Origin: Solirubrobacteraceae bacterium
GTDB lineage: Bacteria > Actinomycetota > Thermoleophilia > Solirubrobacterales > Solirubrobacteraceae
Direction: 5' to 3'
Assembly: GCA_017882445.1 (NCBI GenBank)
Contig: JADGPK010000009.1
Span: 9,309-73,308 of the forward strand
Length of the DNA: 64,000 nt
Shown here: positions 28,147 through 35,415 of the stretch, piece after piece
Position numbering within the stretch: the first letter of the stretch is position 1
How the letters are laid out: every line of letters begins with the position of its first letter
Notes under the pieces: model-generated
Seen by the model: the letters and a program-made list of their open reading frames with translations, nothing else
Databases searched by the model: none
What the model was told of the DNA's origin: nothing
Made by a program: the position numbers and the translations under genes

Positions 28147-29253
28147 TCACGAGCCCTTTCTGTAGAGCGGCTTGTCCTTGACTACGGCGGGGCGCATCTT
28201 GCCACGAACGTCTATCTGGAGACGGGTGCCCGTAGCGGCGTGCTCGACGGGGACGTAGGCCAGGCCGATGCCCGTCTGCAGGCACGGCGACAGCGTGCCG
28301 CTGGTGACCTCGCCCCCCCCGATCACACGGTTGCCCTGCCGGGCGATCCCGGGCCCATCGATGGCGAAGGCGACGAGCCTCTCCGCCGGCCCACCGCTCA
28401 CAGAGCGCCCGGCGCGCGCGGCGGCCACGGCCTGCGAGCCGATGAACCCGGTCTCCTCCTTGCAGCACCACCCCAGGCCCGCTTCGATCGGACCGCGATC
28501 GACGCTCAGATCGTTGCCGTACAGGTGGAAGCAGACCTCCAGGCGCAGCGTGTCCCGCGCGCCGAGTCCCGCGGGCACGGCGCCGCGCCGCACGATCGCG
28601 TCCCACAGCGCCTCCGCCCGGTCGGGCGGGCAGAGCAACTCGACGCCTTCCTCGCCGGTGTAGCCGGTGCCGCAGACGAGCACCTCGTCGCCGCCGAGCC
28701 GCCGGGGCTCGGCGGTCATGCGCGCGGGCAGCGGGGAATCGGAGATCGCCTGGACCATCTCCAACGCCAGCGGACCCTGGACGGCGAGCATCGCCCAGTC
28801 CTCGATCCGGTCGGTCACCTGCGCTTCTGGAAAGGCCTCGGCATGGGCGCGGAACCACTCCAGATCGCGGGCGTGGTTGGCGGCGTTGGTGACCGTCAGG
28901 TAGCGATCCACGTCGAGCCGGTAGGTGAAGAGGTCGTCGAGCACGCCGCCGTCCTCGCGGCAGAGCACGCTGTATTGGGCGCCACCGCCCTTGCCGGCGA
29001 GCGGGACCTTGGCGACGTCGTTGGAGAGCAGCCGTTGGAGCAGCTCGAGCGCCTGGGGGCCGCTCGTTTCGATCTCGCCCATATGCGACACGTCGAAGAT
29101 CCCGCAGGCCTCGCGCACGGCGATGTGCTCCTGGCGAACGGCGGGCGGGCCCCCGTACTGGACGGGCATCTCCCAGCCGGCGAAGTCGACCATCTTCGCG
29201 CCCGCCGCCACGTGGCGCTCGAACAGCGGTGTACGGCGCGGGGTCCTCAGCAT
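28147..29253 (-). CDS. gcvT: Aminomethyltransferase (glycine cleavage T protein)
   Basis: RTPLFERHVAAGAKMVDFAGWEMPVQY and DVSHMG motifs. I chose the start at M48 of ORF 28147..29394 because the N-terminus then matches canonical GcvT. Confidence 0.93.
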   Translation of the reverse strand: MLRTPRRTPLFERHVAAGAKMVDFAGWEMPVQYGGPPAVRQEHIAVREACGIFDVSHMGEIETSGPQALELLQRLLSNDVAKVPLAGKGGGAQYSVLCREDGGVLDDLFTYRLDVDRYLTVTNAANHARDLEWFRAHAEAFPEAQVTDRIEDWAMLAVQGPLALEMVQAISDSPLPARMTAEPRRLGGDEVLVCGTGYTGEEGVELLCPPDRAEALWDAIVRRGAVPAGLGARDTLRLEVCFHLYGNDLSVDRGPIEAGLGWCCKEETGFIGSQAVAAARAGRSVSGGPAERLVAFAIDGPGIARQGNRVIGGGEVTSGTLSPCLQTGIGLAYVPVEHAATGTRLQIDVRGKMRPAVVKDKPLYRKGS

Positions 29254-29341
29254 CGGCCCCAGGCTATCGAGGAAGCCGTGCTCCCTCCCGCTCGGCCCTC
29301 CGTGGGGCGATGGCCGCGTGGCCTGTGTTGCACTTTGCGGA

Positions 29342-29367
29342 CGCTGTATCACCATGGTGATACAGCG
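29342..29367. promoter_or_regulatory. 26-nt perfect palindrome CGCTGTATCACCATGGTGATACAGCG about 100 nt upstream of gcvT; candidate operator or 5' UTR hairpin
   Basis: Read directly from the sequence. It is AT-richer than its surroundings. Imperfect outer arms CACTTTGCG/CGAAAGTG (29331-29378) flank it. Confidence 0.5.
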
Positions 29368-29422
29368 CGTCGAAAGTGTGAACCACGACGCCAAGCTCCG
29401 TGCGCAGGTCGAGTGGTCGTTC

Positions 29423-29543
29423 GCCCTCGCACACGTGCGAGGGCTAGCGGTAGGCGCATGCGCCTACCGGAGAGCCGGGCCGCATGCGGCCCGGCGCGGG
29501 AGCGCACATGTGCGCTCCCGGCGGCTGGCGCATGCGCCAGCCG
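29423..29543. repeat. Array of five back-to-back GC-rich palindromes (22-24 nt each, about 25-nt period)
   Basis: Read directly from the sequence. The five units are 29522-29543 CGGCTGGCGCATGCGCCAGCCG, 29497-29520 CGGGAGCGCACATGTGCGCTCCCG, 29474-29495 GCCGGGCCGCATGCGGCCCGGC, 29448-29469 CGGTAGGCGCATGCGCCTACCG, and 29423-29444 GCCCTCGCAC-AC-GTGCGAGGGC. Confidence 0.9.
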
Positions 29544-29575
29544 GATCCTCACGCAGACCAGCAGCTCTCAGCAGC

Positions 29576-30652
29576 TCAGCGCAGGAACGGCGGAACGTCG
29601 ATGTCCTCGTCTGAGATCTCGAGCGACGAGCGCTGGCGCTCGCTGATCCGAGGACCCCGGTCGGGACGTCCGGTGCGGCTGTCGCGGCGCGCGGCGCGGC
29701 CGGGACGGTGGTCGAAGCCGGTGCCGATGACGGTGACCCGCACCTCATCGGACATGCTCTCGTCGATCACGGCGCCGAAGATGATGTTGGCGTTCGCGTC
29801 GGCGGCGTTCTGGATCGTCTCGGCGGCGTCGTTGACCTCGAACAGGCCCAGGTCCCTGCCGCCGGTGATGTTCAGCAGGATGCCCGTCGCGCCGTCCACC
29901 GACTCCTCCAGCAGCGGCGAGGAGATCGCAGCTTTGGCGGCTTCGGCGCAGCGGTTCTCCCCGGCGGCCGTGCCGATGCCCATGAGGGCCGAGCCGGCGT
30001 CCTGCATGATCGTGCGCACGTCCGCGAAATCGAGGTTGATCAGGCCCGGGATCGTGATCAGGTCGGTGATCCCCTGCACGCCCTGGCGCAGGACGTTGTC
30101 GGCCTCGCGGAACGCGTCGAGCATCGAGGTGCGCCGCTCGACGACCGCGAGCAGCTTCTCGTTGGGAATCACGATCAGCGTGTCGACAACCTCGCGCAGA
30201 CGCTCGATGCCCTCGGTGGCCTGGCGGCCGCGCTGGGAACCCTCGAAGTCGAACGGGCGCGTCACCACGCCCACTGTCAGCGCGCCGATCTCGTTCTTGG
30301 CGATCTCCGCGATCACCGGCGCGCCGCCGGTGCCCGTGCCGCCGCCCTCACCGGCGGTGATGAACACCATGTCAGCGCCCTTGAGCGCCTCCTTGATCTC
30401 GTCGCGCGACTCCGAGGCGGCGGACAGCCCGACGTCGGGATCGGCTCCCGCACCGAGGCCCTTCGTCGACTCGTGGCCGATGTTCAGCTTGATGTCGGCG
30501 TCGCACATCGCGAGCGCCTGGGCGTCGGTGTTGGCGGCGATGAACTCCACGCCGTGCAGTCCGGCGTCGACCATGCGGCTGACCGCGTTGGTGCCGCCGC
30601 CGCCCACGCCTACGACCTTGATGACCGCCAGATAGCTCGAGCTGCTCTCCAT
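29576..30652 (-). CDS. ftsZ: Cell division protein FtsZ
   Basis: [10 protein letters not shown] and the tubulin signature [11 protein letters not shown]. The C-terminal peptide DIDVPPFLR is present. Confidence 0.98.
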   Translation of the reverse strand: MESSSSYLAVIKVVGVGGGGTNAVSRMVDAGLHGVEFIAANTDAQALAMCDADIKLNIGHESTKGLGAGADPDVGLSAASESRDEIKEALKGADMVFITAGEGGGTGTGGAPVIAEIAKNEIGALTVGVVTRPFDFEGSQRGRQATEGIERLREVVDTLIVIPNEKLLAVVERRTSMLDAFREADNVLRQGVQGITDLITIPGLINLDFADVRTIMQDAGSALMGIGTAAGENRCAEAAKAAISSPLLEESVDGATGILLNITGGRDLGLFEVNDAAETIQNAADANANIIFGAVIDESMSDEVRVTVIGTGFDHRPGRAARRDSRTGRPDRGPRISERQRSSLEISDEDIDVPPFLR

Positions 30653-30726
30653 GATGGTTCTGTCCGAAGCCTTCAGTAGAAATTCAGGGTTCGCAGCATA
30701 CAGATCGTCGAACCGCCGGGTTGTGC

Positions 30727-30755
30727 ACGTTATGCAGGGAACTTCGCCATGTCAA
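30727..30755 (-). promoter_or_regulatory. Candidate ftsZ-proximal promoter TTGACA-N17-TAACGT
   Basis: The minus strand reads TTGACATGGCGAAGTTCCCTGCATAACGT, within the 210-nt lower-GC ftsQ-ftsZ spacer, about 70 nt upstream of the ftsZ ATG. Confidence 0.35.
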
Positions 30756-30862
30756 CGCGGAGTTGCAGTCTCGCAAGAATCGTTGCAGATCGCGGGAGTC
30801 TCAACCAGCGCCTGAGGATCGTTCGGATGATGGGCTCACTCTAAGGTTGAGGGTCAGGGATG

Positions 30863-32017
30863 TTATCCACCCGGGGTATTGGACCCCTGCGTGACTTCTC
30901 CGCCGGGCGTGGCGGGCGTTTGGGCGCTTTCGCCCGCCGGCGATCCCGCGCCGGCGCCCGTGGAGGATGAGCTTTCCGATGACGGCGCGGCGGCAGGTTC
31001 GGCGGGCGCTGGAGACGACGCGGCGCCGCCGGGGGAGCTCAGGCCGGCGGCCAGTGCGGCGACAGTCGATTCAGCGGCGCTCGTCTGTTCCCCCGTCGAG
31101 CCGACGCCGCCCGCGCTCGTCGGCCCGGCCCCGGCGGGGAATCCCGCCGCGGGGCGCGTCGGCAGGCGCACGTCGACATAGGAAGCGCCGGCGGAGCTGT
31201 GGTCGGCGAGCACCCGGGCGAGCGAGAACCACTTGGCGTGGGGCCGCGTGGCGTCGCCGAAGTAGGCGAGCAGGCCGTTGCGCATCGCCACCGTGATGCC
31301 GTCCGGGCCCGTGTACACCCGCGTGATCAGCTTCGCAAGCGGGGACGGGGCCGCACCGAGCACGCTCAGGTAGCCGAGCAGGTCACCGTCGCGCACACGC
31401 TGGCCGGCGCCCGGCCAGGAGTACCCGTTCACGGTGGGCAGCGCGCTGGAGAGCAGCGCCGGACCGAGCACGACTCCATCGGCCGCTACGGCCGTGCGAG
31501 CGCCTCCCACCTGCAGCGCCGCCACGGGCAGCTGCTCGACGACCTCGATGCTGAGGCCATGAGGAACGTGCGGCACCGCCCTCACTTCGCGCACCACCCG
31601 GAAGGGTGCGACGGCGGCGCGCAGCGCACCGGGGCTCACATCGAGCGTGCTCATGTGCCGCGCGGCCGCCACGAGCGCGGCGTCGATGGCCTGCGCCTCG
31701 GGACCGTGCACGCCGCTGACGCGCACGCTCTGAACCGCGACGAACGACGAGTGGCGCAGCAGGACCCACCCGCCGAAGAGAACAGGCAGGGCGATGAGGG
31801 CGCTGAGGAGCATGATCCGCGCGCGCCTTCGCTGCCACACGAAAGCCGTGGCTGCGAGGAGGGAGCCGATCAGACGCGGGACCGTCGAGAGCGGCCGCGA
31901 GCGGCCGCTCGGCGCGCGCGCGCCCACCCTGGCGCCGCCACCCCTGACGGGAGCCGCACGCCGCGACACCCCCATCCCAAACGGGCGAGCGGCGCGGGCG
32001 GCCTGGGAGCGGTCCAT
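30863..32017 (-). CDS. ftsQ: Cell division protein FtsQ/DivIB with a long low-complexity C-terminal tail
   Basis: Single TM helix, then a POTRA-like VQSVRVSG segment and the FtsQ beta domain. It lies between murB and ftsZ. The last ~94 aa are rich in Ala/Ser/Pro/Gly/Thr. Confidence 0.8.
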   Translation of the reverse strand: MDRSQAARAARPFGMGVSRRAAPVRGGGARVGARAPSGRSRPLSTVPRLIGSLLAATAFVWQRRRARIMLLSALIALPVLFGGWVLLRHSSFVAVQSVRVSGVHGPEAQAIDAALVAAARHMSTLDVSPGALRAAVAPFRVVREVRAVPHVPHGLSIEVVEQLPVAALQVGGARTAVAADGVVLGPALLSSALPTVNGYSWPGAGQRVRDGDLLGYLSVLGAAPSPLAKLITRVYTGPDGITVAMRNGLLAYFGDATRPHAKWFSLARVLADHSSAGASYVDVRLPTRPAAGFPAGAGPTSAGGVGSTGEQTSAAESTVAALAAGLSSPGGAASSPAPAEPAAAPSSESSSSTGAGAGSPAGESAQTPATPGGEVTQGSNTPGG

Positions 32018-32049
32018 TCAGATGGTGTTCGACCTCTCGCCGCCAACCC

Positions 32050-32979
32050 CTACCGGCTTGCCCACCACGGAAAGCGCACCGCGCCGAGCGTCTGCACCTC
32101 TGGCTCGAGCTCGACTCCGAAGCGCTCCAGCACGCGGCGGCGACCCTCGGCCATCACGGCGACCACGTCCGCGGTGCTGGCCGACCCGGTGTTCTCGATG
32201 AAGTTGGCGTGCTTGGGCGCGAAACGCGCGCCTCCGACCGCCAGGCCGTTGCAGCCCGCCTCGGCCAGCAGCAGCCCCGCGCTGCGCCCGCCGGCGCGCG
32301 GGTCCTCAGGGTTCCTGAATGTCGAGCCAAACGTCCTGATGCCCTGAGGCTGGGCCTCATGGCGCCTCCGGCGCATCTCCGCGAGGGTGCGCTTGATCGT
32401 CTCGACCTCCGCTTCGCCCAGCAGCAGCGACGCGCGCGCCACGATCTCTCCGGCGAGCAGCCCGGAACGGCGATACCCGAAGCCGAGCTCCCGCGGCGCG
32501 CGGCGATCCACCCCGGCGGAGGTCGCGACCTCGACCCACTCGAGCACCCGCTCCAGCTCGCCGCCATAGGCGTTGGCGTTCATCCGCACCGCGCCCCCCA
32601 CCGTCCCGGGGATGTTGACACCGAACTCGATCCCCGACAGGCCGGCGCGCGCCGCGCCTGCGGCGACCGCCGGCAGGCGAGCGCCACCTCCCGCCAGGAT
32701 CCGCCGCCCCTCCACCGAGATGGAGGCCAGGGCGCGATCGAGCTTGACGACGAGCCCTCTGACGCCCTCGTCGGCGATCAGCAGGTTGGAGCCGGACCCC
32801 ACGACGCCGACCTGGACATCGCCGGCGGACGCCCACGCGAGCAGCTCCATCAGCTCCGCCTGGCTGCCGGCGCGGGCGAAGTACTCGCCGGCGCCCCCGG
32901 TTCGCACGGTCGTCAGGCGGGCGAGCGGGAAGTCGCGCTGGACGCTCAGCGGCGGTGTGGCGGCGCTCATGTGTGCCAC
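32050..32979 (-). CDS. murB: UDP-N-acetylenolpyruvoylglucosamine reductase
   Basis: FAD-binding LARLTTVRTGG...GSGSNLL and the C-terminal MurB domain (GSTFRNP...AGLL). The start could be the GTG at 32979 or the ATG three codons later. Confidence 0.9.
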   Translation of the reverse strand: MAHMSAATPPLSVQRDFPLARLTTVRTGGAGEYFARAGSQAELMELLAWASAGDVQVGVVGSGSNLLIADEGVRGLVVKLDRALASISVEGRRILAGGGARLPAVAAGAARAGLSGIEFGVNIPGTVGGAVRMNANAYGGELERVLEWVEVATSAGVDRRAPRELGFGYRRSGLLAGEIVARASLLLGEAEVETIKRTLAEMRRRRHEAQPQGIRTFGSTFRNPEDPRAGGRSAGLLLAEAGCNGLAVGGARFAPKHANFIENTGSASTADVVAVMAEGRRRVLERFGVELEPEVQTLGAVRFPWWASR

Positions 32980-33010
32980 CGGTCCGGCTCGGACGTGCGT
33001 GCGATCGTGC

Positions 33011-34348
33011 TCATCGCGCCACCAGGCTGCGTCCCAGGGCGTCTACGTCGCCGGCGCCCATCACGACGCAAACGTCGCCCTCGCCGAGCATGCCGGTGAG
33101 GACGGGCGCGGCGTCGGCGAATGTGGGCAGCCAGTACACCGGCCTGCCGCCCGCCGCCTGCGCGGCGGCTTCGGCGATCAACAGGCCGCTGACGCCCGGG
33201 TGATCCTCGGCGCGCTCCCGCGCCGGGTAGACGTCCAGCACCACGATCACGTCCGCCTGGGTCAGCGCGACGCCGAACTCGCGCGCGAGCGAAGCGGTCC
33301 GCGAATACAGATGCGGCTGCAAGACGGCGAGCAGGCGCCGGTGACGCAGCGTGCGAGCCCCGGCCAGGGTGGCCGCGACCTCGCTCGGATGGTGGGCGTA
33401 GTCGTCATACACGCAGGCGCCGCTCACGCTCGCGCCGAGCAGCTGAAAGCGCCGGCCGGCGCCGCGAAAGCCCGCCAGCCCCGCGATCGCGAGCTCCGCG
33501 TCCGCCCCGGCGAGCCGCGCGGCCTCGAGCGCACCGGCGGCGTTGACGGCGTTGTGCACGCCGGGGACCGCCAGCGTCACGTCTCTCTCCTGCCAGCGAA
33601 AGCGCGAGCCGCCGTCGGTGAGCGTCGGCTGGCGCGCGTCGTATGCGACGAGCGCCCCGTCGCGCAGCTCGAGCAGCTCGGGACGGTCCCAGACGACCGC
33701 CCAGCGCGGCCCGGTCAGGAACGCGCGGAAGGCCTCCCGCAGCTCGGCCAGCGACGCGTAGGTCGCGTGGTGGTCCAGCTCGACGTTCGTGAGCACCGCG
33801 ATCTCCACGCTCAGGCTGAGCATCGAGCGGTCCGACTCGTCAGCCTCCACGATGAGCCAATCCCCCTGTCCCCACTCGGCGTTGGCGAGCTCGCCTCCGA
33901 CCGAGCCGCCGACGAGCCAGCCCGGCTGCAGCCCGGCGCCACGGAGGGCGTGCACGAGCATCGAAGCAGTGGTCGTCTTGCCGTGGGTGCCCGCCACAGC
34001 GATCGTCCGCTTCAGCGCGGAGAGCTCGGCGAGCAGTTCAGCGCGAGAGCGCTCGGGGATTCCTCGCTCGCGCGCCGAGCGCCGCTCGACGTTGGTGTCG
34101 GGGACGGCGGAGGAGAAGAACAGCTCCACGCCGTCGCCCGCGGGCACGTTCTCCGCGCGATGCCCGACCTGCGCCGCAAGGACGCCGTCGGCGAGCAGGC
34201 GCGCGAGATAGGGGCTGCTCGCCCCGTCCGAGCCGCTGACCTCGGCGCCGAGCGCGTGCGCGGCGCGCGCGTAGGCGCTCATCCCGGCTCCACCGACGCC
34301 GACGAAATGCAGCCGCCGCCCGCTCCATGGCCCGCTCCGTCGGCTCAC
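33011..34348 (-). CDS. murC: UDP-N-acetylmuramate--L-alanine ligase
   Basis: LHFVGVGGAGMSAYA...VSGSD (MurC-type N-terminus), GTHGKTTT P-loop and DYAHHP. Confidence 0.93.
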   Translation of the reverse strand: MSRRSGPWSGRRLHFVGVGGAGMSAYARAAHALGAEVSGSDGASSPYLARLLADGVLAAQVGHRAENVPAGDGVELFFSSAVPDTNVERRSARERGIPERSRAELLAELSALKRTIAVAGTHGKTTTASMLVHALRGAGLQPGWLVGGSVGGELANAEWGQGDWLIVEADESDRSMLSLSVEIAVLTNVELDHHATYASLAELREAFRAFLTGPRWAVVWDRPELLELRDGALVAYDARQPTLTDGGSRFRWQERDVTLAVPGVHNAVNAAGALEAARLAGADAELAIAGLAGFRGAGRRFQLLGASVSGACVYDDYAHHPSEVAATLAGARTLRHRRLLAVLQPHLYSRTASLAREFGVALTQADVIVVLDVYPARERAEDHPGVSGLLIAEAAAQAAGGRPVYWLPTFADAAPVLTGMLGEGDVCVVMGAGDVDALGRSLVAR

Positions 34349-35415
34349 CGCGCGGCCGCCCGGAGCAGCTCGCCGGCCACCTCACGCGCCGCGTCGGGGC
34401 GGGCGAGCCTCGCGGCGGCGGATGCCATCGCGGCCAGGCGAGCGCCGTCGGCGAGCAGCTCGGCGACCTCGACGCCGAGCCGGGGACCGCTCAGCTCCCG
34501 GTCGGGAATGCTGATCGCCGCACCCGCCTCGGACATCCAGCGGGCGTTGGCGCTCTGATGGTCACCGGCCGCGTGCGGGTAGGGCACGAGGATCGCGGGC
34601 ACGCCGTGGGCGGCGATCTCGAACACCGACCCACCCGCTCGCGCCACCACCAGATCGGCGGCCGCGAGTGCGTCGGCGAAGTCCGCCAGGTCGAGGTACT
34701 CGCGCAGGTCATAGCCGTGGCCGCGCCCGCGCGCGGCCAGCTCGGCGTAGTCGCGCCGGCCGCAGACGTGCAGCACGTGGAAGGGCGCCCCTGCGAACGC
34801 CTCCACGGCCGCCAGGTTGATGGAGCGCGCCCCGAGCGAGCCGCCGAAGATCAGCACGCAGGCCTCCTCGGGCGCCACGTCCATGCGCCGGCGCGCCGCG
34901 AGGCGGTCGCGCTGGGGCGGCGGTATCGGTCGTCCGGTCACGCGATAGCGACCGCCGTCGCGACCCGCGAGGGGAAAGGCCAGGCACACGCTGCGCGCGA
35001 ACGGGGCGAGCATGCGGTTGGTCAGTCCCAGGTGACTGTCGGCCTCCGTGAGGATGAGCGGAATACGCAGGCTGAGCGCGGCCATGCCGACCGGTCCGGC
35101 GACGTATCCGCCACCGCCCATGACCGCGTCCGGAGCGAGCTTCGCGAGCAGCGAGCGGGCACGCGGGAGCGCCGCCGCCGCGAGCGTGAGAGCGCGCACG
35201 GCGCGCAGCGGGTTCGAGCGGTGCAGGCCCTCGACGGAGATCGTGTGCAGCGGGAACCCGGCTGCTGGAACGAGCTGAGCCTCGGCGCGTCCACCGCCGA
35301 TGAACGCTACCTCGGCGCCCTCAGCCCGCAGCGCTTCCGCGACCGCGAGCGCCGGCACCACGTGCCCGGCGGTCCCGCCTGCGGCGATCACGATCCTCCT
35401 CGACGCTGCGCTCAC
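34345..35415 (-). CDS. murG: Undecaprenyldiphospho-muramoylpentapeptide beta-N-acetylglucosaminyltransferase
   Basis: IAAGGTAGHVVPALAVAEAL G-loop and the C-terminal RAGGS...E motif. GTG start. Confidence 0.93.
   Translation of the reverse strand: MSAASRRIVIAAGGTAGHVVPALAVAEALRAEGAEVAFIGGGRAEAQLVPAAGFPLHTISVEGLHRSNPLRAVRALTLAAAALPRARSLLAKLAPDAVMGGGGYVAGPVGMAALSLRIPLILTEADSHLGLTNRMLAPFARSVCLAFPLAGRDGGRYRVTGRPIPPPQRDRLAARRRMDVAPEEACVLIFGGSLGARSINLAAVEAFAGAPFHVLHVCGRRDYAELAARGRGHGYDLREYLDLADFADALAAADLVVARAGGSVFEIAAHGVPAILVPYPHAAGDHQSANARWMSEAGAAISIPDRELSGPRLGVEVAELLADGARLAAMASAAARLARPDAAREVAGELLRAAAR

Noticed and set aside
29423-29543. The possibility that the palindrome array is a CRISPR array, or a set of parS/Noc/SlmA-type sites.
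   Set aside because: The units differ from each other and have no spacers, so this is not CRISPR. The CACGTG core of one unit lacks the TGTTNCACGTGAAACA flanks of parS, and there is no match to the NBS or SBS consensus sequences I know.
29254-29575. A glycine riboswitch, which would be expected upstream of gcvT.
   Set aside because: I looked on the minus strand for the conserved GGAGAG, ACCGAAGGGGCAA and CUCAGGCAAAAGGAC-like elements and found none. This cannot be fully excluded without a covariance-model scan.
33011-34348. Whether this Mur ligase could be the missing MurD.
   Set aside because: The N-terminus (HFVGVGGAGMS...VSGSD) and its position between murG and murB are MurC-specific.
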